DNA of 64,000 nucleotides from Candidatus Dojkabacteria bacterium (GCA_025999215.1 AP024679.1:165645-229644); one strand, 5' to 3'. Counted from the first letter of the stretch, positions 41,350-52,662 are shown. A program made the numbers and translations. The notes: generated by a model from the letters alone, not told the origin.

Positions 41350-43008
41350 AGGGTTAAAAATCTATTGGAGAATGTTGCGTGGTGCTTTGGGGGCAATAAT
41401 TTACCGAAACCCTTCCAAGAAATTAAAAATAATTGGTGTTACAGGAACTTCTGGAAAGTCAACAACAGCCAATATGATTTATCACATGCTTGATAATTCA
41501 GGCTTCAAAACCGGTGTAATTTCAACAGTTGGAGCAAGAGTTGGAGATGTAAGTGTAGACACGGGATTACATGTAACTACACCTAATCCAATAAATTTAC
41601 AAAAACTACTCAAAGTTATTGCACAAAAAGGCGCTGAATATGTGGTTATAGAAACATCATCTCAAGCTCTTGCCCAGAGAAGAATTTATCCAATTAAATT
41701 TGATTACGCTGTATTTACTAATATAACCAGAGATCATTTAGATTGGCATAAAACTTGGGAAAATTATGCAAGAGCAAAAGCTAGACTGATAGATTTATTA
41801 AGACCTAATGGAAGGGTGATTTTAAATAGAGATGACGACTCTTATAATTTTTTGGGTAAGTATGCCAAAGATTGTGGTAAAGAGGATCTAGTTGTTTCAT
41901 ATTCTAAAGCGTGAAATAAGCGAGTTAGAAGCTTCAAAATACGGTTTGAAGTTTAAATATAAGGGTAGAAATTTTGATATACCCATCATTGGTGAATACA
42001 ATGTGGAAAATCTTTTGGCGAGCATAACGCTAGGCGAGGTTATGGGAATTGATATCAACACCATCTCCCAGGCTCTAAATTCTTTCAAAGGGATTAAAGG
42101 GAGGATGGATGTTATTCAGGAAGATCCTTTTGTTGTAATTATTGACTTTGCTCACAATACTGATTCATTAGAAAACGCTTTAATGAATGCCAAAAATTTA
42201 GTTGAGAGAGGGTGGTAAGTTAATAACCGTCTTTAGTTCAGCAGGTCTCAGAGATAAGGAAAAGAGATACACCATGGGCGAAGTCGCTGGTAAAATTGCC
42301 GATATTGTTATAGCGACTATCGATGATCCAAGAACAGAGAAAGTTTATGATATAAATAATAGAATTGTTGAGGGGGCTAAGCAAAGCGGAATGACATTGA
42401 AGAAAAGGTTTGCTACAAGCGATGAATATAAAAGTTTTATAGTAAAAGAGGTTCCAAAAGATGAAAAAAATGTAGTTTATTCTTTTGATGAACAGTCTTT
42501 GCAAAACCGTTACGATGCTATAGATTTTGCGATTAAATTGGCGCAGGAAGGGGATGTGGTTTTGCTTGAAGGTAAAGGGCATGAGGTGAGTTTAGCTATC
42601 AACAAGGAGGAATTTCCATATAGTGAACATGAAGCTGCTTTGAAGATTTTGTCGGAAAATTTACAGAAATATGAATTAAAAATGATTAAATTTTCTCTTG
42701 AAAATTATGAAAAAATCAAAAGAAAAAACTTAAAAAGAACTTTGAGGTTAAAAGATGATAAAGAATTTGTCAAAAATGAAAGAGTAATTTTAGCAGTAAG
42801 GGATGGACAAGGTGTCGAGGAAGTAGGTGAAGCAATAATATTACAAGTTGCTGAGAAAAGAATTTCTGAACTTACAAAAAAAGATTTAAAAAGTTCAGAC
42901 TTTGAAACAGGTTCTTTGGAAGAATTTAGAAAGTTTTACGGAGATAGTGTAAAAAAAGATAGTATAGTAAAACTTATAGATTTTAAGGTGATAGAATTCT
43001 ATGAGTGA
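41330..43008 (+). CDS. murE: MurE-type Mur ligase (two frameshifts) with C-terminal ASCH-like extension
   Basis: GVTGTSGKST, HVTTP, ETSS, TNITRDHLD, GRM, DFAH, DDPR, GKGHE across three ORFs. Confidence 0.85.
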
Positions 43009-44783
43009 TAAAGAAAATTTTATCAAAAGTAGTTTGGTGTTAGCGTTTAAAAATGCGTTTGATATTGATGTTAAACTTGAAAACATAGAGATTGAGCGTC
43101 CAAAAGATTTTAATCATGGTGATTATTCTTCTAATTGTGCACTAAAGTTTGCATCACAATTAAAGTTGCCACCTCAAGTTTTGGCAGAAAAATTAGTTAG
43201 TGTGTTAGATAAAAATGAGAAGTTTAAAAGAGTAGAGGTTGCTTCTCCTGGTTTTATTAATTTTTATTTATCTAATGAAAGTTTGTATAATACTCTCAAG
43301 AACGTAGACTCTAATTTTGGTAAATCTGACAAATTAAAAGGCAAGAAAATTTTAATTGAGCACACATCACCTAATCCCACCAAAGCTTACCACATTGGAC
43401 ATTTTAAAAATACGGTTACTGGTTTATCCATTTCATATTTGTTTGAAGCTATGGGAGCGTTAGTTTTTAGAGATTGTATTAATAACAATCGTGGAATAGC
43501 TATTTCTAAAATGATGTGGGGATATTTAACTTTTGGTCGAAAAGATGGAAAATTCTTTGATTTTGATATTAGATATTGGTATGAAAACAAAGATGAATGG
43601 ATGGTTCCCGAGTCAAATAAAAATTCTGGAAGATTTATAGCAAAATTTTATAACTTGGGAAGCAATGAATATGAGCAGAATGCAAAAGCAAAAGAAGAGA
43701 TGGAACAATTAGTAAGAGATTGGGAGGCAGAAGATGAAAAAGTTTGGGAACTCTGGAGAATTACTCAAAAATGGGTATGGGATGAGTATGAATATATTCT
43801 CAAAAGAGTGGGAGGTTGGAAGTTTGACAAAATATGGAACGAGCACGAAATTTATAAAATGGGTAAACAATTTGTAGAAGAAGGAGTAAGAAAAGGAATT
43901 TTTATAAAACTAGAAGACGGGGCAATTGTTTCAAATTTAAAAGAAGAGTTTGGTTTGCCAGATACTATTTTAATGAAAAGAGATGGCACATCTCTGTATA
44001 TTACTCAAGATATTGCTCTTACATACTTGAAGCGCAAAACTTTTGATCCTGATGAAATGAATTGGGTTATTGGTCCAGAACAGTCATTAGCCATGAAACA
44101 AATGTTTGCCGTTTGTTCTCAACTTGGTTTTGGAAAATTTGAAGATTTTCACCACATTCCGTATGGATTTATTTTGCTTAAAGGAGAGAAAGGTCCAATA
44201 AAAATGTCTTCTCGAAAAGGTAATGTATTGTACATGGAAGATTTGATTGAGCAGTCAAAAAAAGATCTGAAAAAGCACTTAAAATCAAATTTTAGTGAAG
44301 AAGAAGCTGATTTAATAACAGAAAAAATAGCTATAGGCGCATTGAAATATAGCTTACTGAAAGTTAATAGAACTCAAGATATGGTTTTTGATTATGAGAC
44401 AACTATTAATTTTGAAGGTGATTCAGGTCCGTATATTCTGTACACGTTTACCAGAGCTAGATCTGTTTTAAGTCAAGCTGAATGGTCAAAAAAATGATTT
44501 TGATCCAAAGTTTATTCATAATCTTGAAATAGATTTAGCAAGGTGGATTGAGCGTTTTCCTGAAATTGTAGCTAAAGCTACACTAAACTTGGCACCAAAC
44601 TATATCTGTGAGTATGTTTTTGAATTGGCACAAAAATTCAATTCATTTTATAACGAATTAAGTATTCTTAATGCACCAACTGCACAATCAAAGCAAACTA
44701 GATTACTTTTAACTCATGCTACTTCGATAGTTATTCAAAATGCTTTGAATCTTTTGGGTATTGAGACGGTGGAGAAGATGTAA
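43001..44783 (+). CDS. argS: Arginine--tRNA ligase (frameshift near 44490)
   Basis: HGDYSSN, PGFINF, SPNPTKAYHIGH, KMSSRKG, GDSGPYILY; C-terminal DALR part in the next frame. Confidence 0.93.
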
Positions 44784-45987
44784 AGGCATAGTGCGAACAA
44801 ACTGCTACTAAAATTCCAAATTCCACCAAATTTATTATTGAACTCGTGTGTATTAAGCTTCGTAAAATCCATAAATTAGCGATTAAGAAACAAACATCTA
44901 TCAAATTATTTCTTCTAGCTTTACTGATTTTCAAACTAACTTTTAGCCAAAATAAGCAAAAAACAGCAAGTAAAATAAAACCTCCTACAAAAGCAATATC
45001 GAGAAAAAAATCGTGTGTTCTATCTAAAATTATTCCAGGTAATTTATCATTCGCTTTTAAAACAATGTGAAGAGTGTCTGGTCCACTTCCAAATAAAAAG
45101 AGTTTAAAATCGTTTAAATAAACCTCAAAAAAGGCTTTCCTGTACTCAAACCTAGAATAAAAACTTGCTCCAAGTGGTGAATTCATAAAAATTTTAAATA
45201 AGCTTTCATTGATCGATACAAAATTAAAACTAAAAAATATTAAAAGTGAAGCTACAGCTGTTGTGTACATTGACTCTCTAAAGTAGCGATAAAAAAATAT
45301 TACAAGCATACCAAATAATAAGACTAAAATAGCCCAAATTGAGTAAGATAAAATTATACAAAGCGATAAAATGAAAAGGGTCAGTATAGATAAGATTTTT
45401 AGTTTTAAATCTTTATAGAAAAAAACAAAATAAAATGAAAACAAACTTCCAATTAACATGTGCCCCGCAAAAAAATTTGACTGACCAAATGACCCAAAAA
45501 CATACATTCCATCTAATAGTTTTCTAAAGTGAGATTGAGAATTTAAAATGAAGTTTAAATTTTCTATTACAAAAGGAATTTGAAATAGTCCTGAAATAAT
45601 AAATGTCCAAATAATAGTTTTGTGGTAAATGTATAGATATTTTGAAGTTATGGTTAACGTAACTAAGATAACCGATATGGTTATAATGCCTTGTTTTCGG
45701 TAATTGCTACCTAGCAAAATAGTTTCTTGGTTTTGGTTTATAAAACCTACAAAAATTAAATATAAAACCAAAATTAAAATAAAGGCATGTTTAGTGGAGA
45801 GTTTAAAATTTGAAGTCAAAGAGTCAAAAATATAAAAAAGTAACATTACCAAACATAAAGCCACAACAAAATAAACTTTTGGTAATTCCCAACCAAAAGG
45901 TAAGTTTTGAGAATTATGGATAATCGGTCCTGCCAAAATTATGAGTATCCAAGGATAAATATAAAACACATCTTTTAGTTTATTCAT
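44731..45987 (-). CDS. O-antigen ligase-like membrane protein
   Basis: About 12 TM helices; GSFGQSNF, FGSGPD, DRTHD.FLD. Confidence 0.75.
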   Translation of the reverse strand: MNKLKDVFYIYPWILIILAGPIIHNSQNLPFGWELPKVYFVVALCLVMLLFYIFDSLTSNFKLSTKHAFILILVLYLIFVGFINQNQETILLGSNYRKQGIITISVILVTLTITSKYLYIYHKTIIWTFIISGLFQIPFVIENLNFILNSQSHFRKLLDGMYVFGSFGQSNFFAGHMLIGSLFSFYFVFFYKDLKLKILSILTLFILSLCIILSYSIWAILVLLFGMLVIFFYRYFRESMYTTAVASLLIFFSFNFVSINESLFKIFMNSPLGASFYSRFEYRKAFFEVYLNDFKLFLFGSGPDTLHIVLKANDKLPGIILDRTHDFFLDIAFVGGFILLAVFCLFWLKVSLKISKARRNNLIDVCFLIANLWILRSLIHTSSIINLVEFGILVAVCSHYAFTSSPPSQYPKDSKHFE

Positions 45988-46025
45988 AAATCATTATAAA
46001 TGTTAAATGCTATAATATTAATAGT

Positions 46026-46099
46026 GTTCCAGTAGCTCAATTGGATAGAGCATCACTTTGCGGAAGTGAAGGTTGCTGGTTCGAGTCCAGTCTGGAACA
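46026..46099 (+). tRNA. tRNA-Arg(GCG)
   Basis: Acceptor stem GTTCCAG/CTGGAAC, anticodon arm TCACT-TTGCGGA-AGTGA, GTTCGAGTC T-loop; upstream TGCTATAAT. Confidence 0.92.
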
Positions 46100-46130
46100 T
46101 TTAAAATATTTTTATATTAAATTAATCTAA

Positions 46131-46559
46131 ATGGTTGTAAAAGTAAAAAAGTTATCACCAGATGCTAATTTGCCAGAAAGAAAAACTAAAGGCTCAGTTG
46201 GTTTTGATATTTCTTGTGTGGAAACAACTGTTATTAAACCTGGCGAAACAAAATTATTAAAAACAGGAATTGCAATAGAAATTCCTGAAGGGACTGTCGG
46301 GTTAATATTTCCGCGAAGTTCCTTAGCTCTTAAGAACACACTAGATATGCCAAATTCTGTAGGAGTGATTGACTGCGATTACAGAGGTGAATGTATGGTT
46401 GCTTTAAGAAACTTAGGGAAAAATGATGTCGTAATAAACAAAGGAGAGAGAATTGCGCAATTTGTTTTTGTAAATTTTTTGGTTCCTCAAATATTAGAAA
46501 GTGAAGACCTCAGCGATACAGAAAGAGATCAAGGAGGTTTTGGATCAACAGGGGCTTAG
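46131..46559 (+). CDS. dut: dUTP diphosphatase
   Basis: GFDI, PRSS, GVIDCDYRGE, ERIAQ, R..GGFGSTG. Confidence 0.96.
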   Translation: MVVKVKKLSPDANLPERKTKGSVGFDISCVETTVIKPGETKLLKTGIAIEIPEGTVGLIFPRSSLALKNTLDMPNSVGVIDCDYRGECMVALRNLGKNDVVINKGERIAQFVFVNFLVPQILESEDLSDTERDQGGFGSTGA

Positions 46560-47140
46560 TCTTTTTGTTTTTCTAGATATTCACTTTGAGTATATGCCCA
46601 TTCTTCAATGTAGTTTGTGATAGGTTTATATTTCCCGTGAATTAGGTTTGTAAAGATGTTGTAACCGATTTCTTCTTTGTCTCCATAATCAACATATTTT
46701 ATTAAATTAAAAAAAACATTCTCTTCGTCCTCAGGGTTCATTAGTAGAGATAGCGTTCTAACAATATCATTAGATACTTTTGGGTCCACTATTTCTAAGT
46801 TTAAAAAAAGTTTATTATTTTTTTCTGAAATCCAAAAATGTTTAATTTGGTTCCATTTGTACAATTTCCCAAAAGTTTTAATTCCAAGAGAAGTTATGGT
46901 ATGGGTTACTTTATCAGGTTTAACAGAAGCATGGGTAAACCACAAAAACACAAAAGATATTACAGCCAAGGTCAAAAAATATTGTTCGAGTATAACTGTG
47001 CAAAATATAATTGTTGTGAAGAAAAAAGAATAAATTACATACCAAGCTCTGCCTCTTGGTTCCCAATCTCTTTCTAGAGACGACCATGTATAAAGCTTGC
47101 TAAAAAATTGTTTTGGCCTAACCAGTTTTTTCTTTCTCAT
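46556..47140 (-). CDS. Hypothetical membrane protein (2 TM plus PH-like domain)
   Basis: TM pair followed by GI......Y.W..IK.FW. Confidence 0.65.
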   Translation of the reverse strand: MRKKKLVRPKQFFSKLYTWSSLERDWEPRGRAWYVIYSFFFTTIIFCTVILEQYFLTLAVISFVFLWFTHASVKPDKVTHTITSLGIKTFGKLYKWNQIKHFWISEKNNKLFLNLEIVDPKVSNDIVRTLSLLMNPEDEENVFFNLIKYVDYGDKEEIGYNIFTNLIHGKYKPITNYIEEWAYTQSEYLEKQKD

Positions 47141-47159
47141 TTTATAAAGTATACATTTT

Positions 47160-48935
47160 TTAAATTAACTTTAAAAGTAATTTTTTAGAAATAGAAATTA
47201 ACTTTAAAAGTAAGGTTATTACTTTTAAAAATATTAAAATTAAAGCAAAGAATAAAGAAGCGTGTAAAAATAATCCAGCTGTGTAGGAATATTTTGGCTG
47301 AATGTAATTATTGAGTCCTACAATTTCAAAGAAATTTTGACCAATTGTAGCAAAACTTTTTTTAATATAGTGAAAATAAGGCTTCGGTTGATCAAATTTT
47401 GTTAATAATTCTTCTGTTGATTGAATATTTGCACTATCAAAGTTTTCAATCGGGATGACTTCAAATTTTGGTACTTTTATTTCATCAATTGCCCCAAAAT
47501 ATTCCACAGCAATAGGTGAAGGTGTATTAGGTGATTGTGTTGAAACATAAAAATAAACATGGTTAAAATCACCACCAATTATTTCTCGTCCGTATTCTCC
47601 CCATGTGGTATCCACAGGAATCCACGAATTAAGAGCTGGAGCGTAAACGTCAGCCCATTGATGGAGAACATCTTTTTCAGGAAGTATGGGATTGTAACCA
47701 TATCCAAAAGCTCCTCTTGCAGGAATTTTTCTTGCCCTCATCAAAGCTATGAATAAATCAGAGTACTCCATGCATACAGCAGCACTTCCTTTGAGTGTAG
47801 CCACAGCGCCTTGTCTTTCATTTAAACCATATTTTTTAACTGTACTGTAGTCAATTTTATCTACAACAAACTCGTATGTTTTTTTGCTTATTTCGTAGAT
47901 ATCATCTGACGAAGTTATGGTTTTTGCTGCTTTTTGTATCTCTGGATCATTAGCTTCCCAAAATTCTACGCTTGTGGTTGCACTATTCAAAGATTGAGGA
48001 ATGTCATTCAATTTACCCCAGTTTGTAGAAATATCTCTTGCTTTTTCAAGAATTACAAAGCCTTCTATCTCTATTATGCCTTGTTCATTTGATGGTACTT
48101 TAAAACTTGCAATTAAATTCTCATCTTTATCTAGAAAAAACTGATCTGGTTCAATATTAAACTTACTGTAAAATACACTTTGTTTAATGTTTCCAACTTC
48201 AATGTCTCTTGGCAAGGGAAGAGTTAATTTATTGAAAAAATAGGGATTTTTTGAAGTTTTTGGGTACTCTTGTTTAATTGTAAATTTGTAGATTTGTTTT
48301 TCTCCAATCTGAATGTATGCAAGTTGACCAGTTGAATTTTGATATGGCTCAAGTACGAATGAAGTTTTTTCTTCTGTAATTTGGAAAAGAATAGATGTTG
48401 AGATTATGTCTCCGAGAGTTTTATCTATGAATATTTTATAAAAAAACTGATTATCAAAAATTTCATTTTCAAAGTTTGAAATTATAGGAACATAAACATC
48501 TAAGACTCTTCCTGACTTGATTACATAGTTTGGAATTTTATATTTGAGATTTATGGTGTAGTTAGAGTTTTTTGAAATTGTAGTTTTTATTTTGACATTG
48601 ATTTTTACTTCGGATGTTAAATTTTCAACTGTAAAATCTAACTGTGAGCCCAAATTATCTGTTACTTCAATAGAATCATAAAATGCTTTTTCATCAAGAT
48701 TTTGCACTTCACTCAAAAAAAGCGGAATCGTGAATGAATAAGTCGAATTTTTTGGAATTATTATATTTTGACTTGTATAAAATTGCGTTATTTGTGAAAT
48801 TTCTAGCCCATTAAGAGAAACTTCATAATTTATTATATTTTTAATTTGAAGTTCTTGAGCATTTACCTTACTGGTTAGAGAAAAAAGTAATAGAAAAAAA
48901 AGGAATATTTGTAAAAAAATTGTTTTAAATTTCAT
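47160..48935 (-). CDS. Transglutaminase-like domain membrane/secreted protein
   Basis: Signal peptide; VCMEYSDLFIALMRA..IPAR, HQW, W.PVDTTW triad; C-terminal TM. Confidence 0.85.
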   Translation of the reverse strand: MKFKTIFLQIFLFFLLLFSLTSKVNAQELQIKNIINYEVSLNGLEISQITQFYTSQNIIIPKNSTYSFTIPLFLSEVQNLDEKAFYDSIEVTDNLGSQLDFTVENLTSEVKINVKIKTTISKNSNYTINLKYKIPNYVIKSGRVLDVYVPIISNFENEIFDNQFFYKIFIDKTLGDIISTSILFQITEEKTSFVLEPYQNSTGQLAYIQIGEKQIYKFTIKQEYPKTSKNPYFFNKLTLPLPRDIEVGNIKQSVFYSKFNIEPDQFFLDKDENLIASFKVPSNEQGIIEIEGFVILEKARDISTNWGKLNDIPQSLNSATTSVEFWEANDPEIQKAAKTITSSDDIYEISKKTYEFVVDKIDYSTVKKYGLNERQGAVATLKGSAAVCMEYSDLFIALMRARKIPARGAFGYGYNPILPEKDVLHQWADVYAPALNSWIPVDTTWGEYGREIIGGDFNHVYFYVSTQSPNTPSPIAVEYFGAIDEIKVPKFEVIPIENFDSANIQSTEELLTKFDQPKPYFHYIKKSFATIGQNFFEIVGLNNYIQPKYSYTAGLFLHASLFFALILIFLKVITLLLKLISISKKLLLKLI

Positions 48936-48991
48936 AAATAATTGTATATTAATACGAAGCACATAGGCAAACTTTATGCTACTATAGAATT

Positions 48992-51121
48992 ATGTTAAAC
49001 ATCCAGGATCTCAATCCTCCTCAAAAGAAAGCTGTAACCTCAACTCAAGGACCATTATTGATTTTGGCGGGAGCAGGATCGGGAAAAACCAGAGTATTAA
49101 CTTATAGAATTGCATACATTCTAGATTCGGGATTGGCTGGACCAGACAATGTACTTGCTTTGACTTTTACAAACAAAGCTGCGAATGAAATGAAAGAGAG
49201 AATCAAACAGCTTTTAGAGAAGTCGGAGATAAGAAATTTTGGTAATTTATTTTGGATGGGCACCTTTCACTCAGTTTGTGTTAAGTTTTTGAGAAGACAT
49301 GCAAATCTTATTGGGTTAAATTCAAATTTTTCAATTTACGATACTCAAGATCAATTATCTGCAGTAAAGAAGGCAATGAAAGATGCCAATGTATCAACAA
49401 AAGAGTTTAATCCAAGCGCGGTTCGAAGTTTTATATCTTCAGCCAAAAATGAATTGATAGATGAGGTTACTTATATGAATTTAGCAAGCGGTTATTTTCA
49501 GCAGGTGGTTGCAGAAGTTTATCCATTTTATCAAAAAATATTGAGAGAAAATAATGCTGTTGATTTTGATGATTTATTACTTTTGGCAGTAAAATTATTT
49601 GAGAAAGAACCCCAAATTTTAGAAAAATATCAAGAAAAATTCAGATACATTCTCGTTGATGAGTATCAAGATACCAATCACGCGCAATACAAACTTATCA
49701 AATTATTAGCGCAAAAACACAGAAATATTTGTTGTGTGGGAGATGATGATCAAAGTATTTATGCATTTAGAGGTGCTACAATCCACAATATTTTGTCTTT
49801 TGAAAAAGATTATCCTGATGCAACTGTAATCAAATTAGAACAAAATTATAGATCAACTAAAAAAATTCTTCAGGCAGCATATGAAGTTATTTCAAAAAAT
49901 TCTTCTAGAAAAGAAAAGAAACTTTGGACTGAGAATCATGAAGGGGAGCCAATAACGCTATATTCGGCAATTGATGAAAAGGATGAAGCTAATTTTGTGA
50001 TTGATAAAATTTTAGAGTTATCAAAAGATTATAATCTGAGTGATATTGCCGTTTTGTATAGGACAAATGCACAATCTCGTTCATTGGAGGAGGCTTTTTT
50101 GAAGGCTGGAGTTCCTTACAAAATTGTTGGAGGGATAAGGTTTTATGATAGAAAAGAGATTAAAGATATTCTTTCTTATTTAAAAACAATTTATAACCCA
50201 AAAGATGAGAGCAGTCTCGAGCGAGCTATATCTACACCCAAACGAGGCATAGGACCAAAAACTTTTGAAGAATTAAGAAAAATTGCAAAACTCAAAAAAG
50301 TGTCAGCTGGAGAGTTATTAATAAATAATTTTAATGAGATAACCGATCAAAAATTGAAAAATTTTGGAGCATTGCTTTTTGATTTTACGCAAAAAATTAA
50401 AGAGTTTAAATTAACTGAGTTTATTGATTATGTAATTGAAAAAAGTGGATATTTGAAACTTTTAAAAGATGGAAGCATTGAAAACGAAACAAGGATCGAA
50501 AACTTAAAAGAATTGTTAAGTGTAGCTCAAGTATATGATAACATTGAAGGCTTTAGTGCTTTGAGTAGTTTTTTGGAAGATGTTTCTTTGCTTGAAGATA
50601 TAGAGCAGTCTCAAGATAATTTGAATGAGGATAAGGTAACCTTAATGACTATACATGCTTCTAAAGGGTTAGAGTTTGATGTAGTTTTTGTTACAGGTGT
50701 TGAAGAAAATTTGTTTCCACATGTCAACTCCATAGCTGAAATCAAAGACTTAGAAGAAGAGAGAAGGCTTGCTTATGTTGCAATAACTCGTGCAAAGCAT
50801 AAACTCTTTTTTACTCATGCAAAAACTAGGCTATATTTTGGTGCTACTCAAATGAATCCGGTTTCGAGGTTTATTATGGATATTGATTCTCAATTGCTTG
50901 AAAAAGAGGGATCTATAATTGAGCAAAATTTTGTAGAGGATAGATCGTGGGGAGAGTACAATCAAATTGATATAAAAGAGGGAGATAAAGTTGCACACGA
51001 GTATTTTGGTAAAGGAGAGGTTATTTACATTGACAATGAGATAGTGCGAGTTGATTTTGGGGCGGTACATGGGGTAAAAGATTTGATGGTTGAGTATGCA
51101 AGGCTTGTTAAAATTTCATAG
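48992..51121 (+). CDS. pcrA: ATP-dependent DNA helicase PcrA/UvrD
   Basis: AGAGSGKT, TFTNKAA, DEYQD, GDDDQSIY, QNYRS, HASKGLEF, EERRLAYVAITRA. Confidence 0.95.
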   Translation: MLNIQDLNPPQKKAVTSTQGPLLILAGAGSGKTRVLTYRIAYILDSGLAGPDNVLALTFTNKAANEMKERIKQLLEKSEIRNFGNLFWMGTFHSVCVKFLRRHANLIGLNSNFSIYDTQDQLSAVKKAMKDANVSTKEFNPSAVRSFISSAKNELIDEVTYMNLASGYFQQVVAEVYPFYQKILRENNAVDFDDLLLLAVKLFEKEPQILEKYQEKFRYILVDEYQDTNHAQYKLIKLLAQKHRNICCVGDDDQSIYAFRGATIHNILSFEKDYPDATVIKLEQNYRSTKKILQAAYEVISKNSSRKEKKLWTENHEGEPITLYSAIDEKDEANFVIDKILELSKDYNLSDIAVLYRTNAQSRSLEEAFLKAGVPYKIVGGIRFYDRKEIKDILSYLKTIYNPKDESSLERAISTPKRGIGPKTFEELRKIAKLKKVSAGELLINNFNEITDQKLKNFGALLFDFTQKIKEFKLTEFIDYVIEKSGYLKLLKDGSIENETRIENLKELLSVAQVYDNIEGFSALSSFLEDVSLLEDIEQSQDNLNEDKVTLMTIHASKGLEFDVVFVTGVEENLFPHVNSIAEIKDLEEERRLAYVAITRAKHKLFFTHAKTRLYFGATQMNPVSRFIMDIDSQLLEKEGSIIEQNFVEDRSWGEYNQIDIKEGDKVAHEYFGKGEVIYIDNEIVRVDFGAVHGVKDLMVEYARLVKIS

Positions 51122-51155
51122 AGACTATAAACCTTTAAAAATGGTATAATTTCTT

Positions 51156-51821
51156 ATGAAAATAGATATTCTGACCATATTCCCGGAGGCTTTCAGTTAT
51201 TTTGATTACAGTATTCCTAAGATTGCTCAACAAAAAAAATTGATAGATATAAAAATTCATGATCTGCGAAAATGGGCAAATAATAAGCATAATAGAGTAG
51301 ATGATAAGCCTTTCGGTGGTGGAGCAGGTATGGTTTTAATGTTAGAGCCAATTTACAGAGCTATTAAAGAATTAAAAACAGAAGAAAGTAGAGTAATTTT
51401 AACTTCGGCACAAGGAGTACTATGGGATCAAAAGAAAGCTTTGCAATTATTCAAAATCATCATTCTCATTTAATTTTTATTTGTGGACATTATGAAGGAG
51501 TAGACTATAGGGTGAGTAAGTATTTGGTTGACGAAGAAGTAAGTATTGGAAAGTATGTATTATCTGGTGGAGAATTAGCTTCAATGGTTGTTGTTGATTC
51601 TATTGTCAGATTGATTCCAGGAGTATTAGGTAATCCAGAGTCTTTGGAGTATGAGAGCTTTTCAGAAAAATTTGTTAAAGAATATCCTCAATACACCAGG
51701 CCTGCAACCTTTGTCTTCTGATCAAGGAGAAAAATGGAATGTGCCAGATGTACTTTTGAGTGGAGATCATAAAAAGATAGAGGATTGGAGACGAAAAAAT
51801 TCTCAAACTTCTCCACAATAA
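51156..51821 (+). CDS. trmD: tRNA (guanine37-N1)-methyltransferase (two frameshifts)
   Basis: [48 protein letters not shown] in a third frame. Confidence 0.93.
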
Positions 51822-51866
51822 AACCCTGTTGTTACGTTTTGTCTAAGTTTAAAGTTTCACGTATCA

Positions 51867-52457
51867 TTAAAACTTGTTTTGTGGATAATTTGGGTCATTT
51901 TCTGCTTTGTTGTTTATCAATTCTCTTATTATTTCGGATTTGCTCATTCTGTAGAACCTGTCAGCCCAATCAAGATAGTTTTTTTGTTTTCGTTCAAGGA
52001 GTATATTAAACCTAGTGATAGGGTCATTTAGGTTAGTTTTTATAAAGTTATCAATAATTTTTTCAAGTGAGCTATCTGAATACTCCTTTGTTTCAATGTA
52101 ATCAGGATTATTTATTGTGATGTAGTCAGGTTCTTTTGCTTCAAAATCTTCTTTCTTCTTTTTAAGAATAAGTGTTGGTTTTTTGAGATCTATTGCTTTG
52201 TATGCAATGGATGTTAGTTCAAAACTAGGGGTAGATGCTTCAAGTATTACAATTTTACTTTCAGATAAAGCTTGTATAGATTTTTTAAAAAGCCTTTTCA
52301 TTTGAAATTTGGTGTATTTTGAAAGATTGTTCTCAACAACATTTACCCAGTCAATTGTTAGGTTGTTACCTTGAGATAGAAGATAGCGCCTAATTTTGTT
52401 AATGGTGTTTTGGTTAGATAAATAATCTTCAATTGTGAATGCAAATAGTATATTCAT
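51867..52457 (-). CDS. Nucleoside 2-deoxyribosyltransferase-like domain fused to a C-terminal ribbon-helix-helix
   Basis: SKIVILEASTPSF...A....KPTLIL; C-terminal RFNILL....NYL.......SKSEIIRELI. Confidence 0.6.
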   Translation of the reverse strand: MNILFAFTIEDYLSNQNTINKIRRYLLSQGNNLTIDWVNVVENNLSKYTKFQMKRLFKKSIQALSESKIVILEASTPSFELTSIAYKAIDLKKPTLILKKKKEDFEAKEPDYITINNPDYIETKEYSDSSLEKIIDNFIKTNLNDPITRFNILLERKQKNYLDWADRFYRMSKSEIIRELINNKAENDPNYPQNKF

Positions 52458-52463
52458 AAAGTA

Positions 52464-52512
52464 ATTATACCATACTTGTGTATATAGTCAACAAGTGTGT
52501 ATATTATACACA
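52464..52512 (-). promoter_or_regulatory. Sigma70 promoter with overlapping TGTGTATA operator-like repeats
   Basis: Minus strand TTGACT-N16-TATAAT ending 6 nt before the ATG; palindrome TGTGTATA-t-TATACACA at 52496-52512 and a half-site at 52477-52484. Confidence 0.6.
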
Positions 52513-52662
52513 ACAGCGTACAAATTAGCTACTATTAAATAATTTTGTTAGGATCAGATATAAACTTTTGAAAAATTGTTTTAAGTTTAAGGGGACTAAA
52601 TTAAGGTTTGAATTTTATAAAGAAGTTTTAACGATTGCTCTAATTCGGACATTTTGTCCAAA

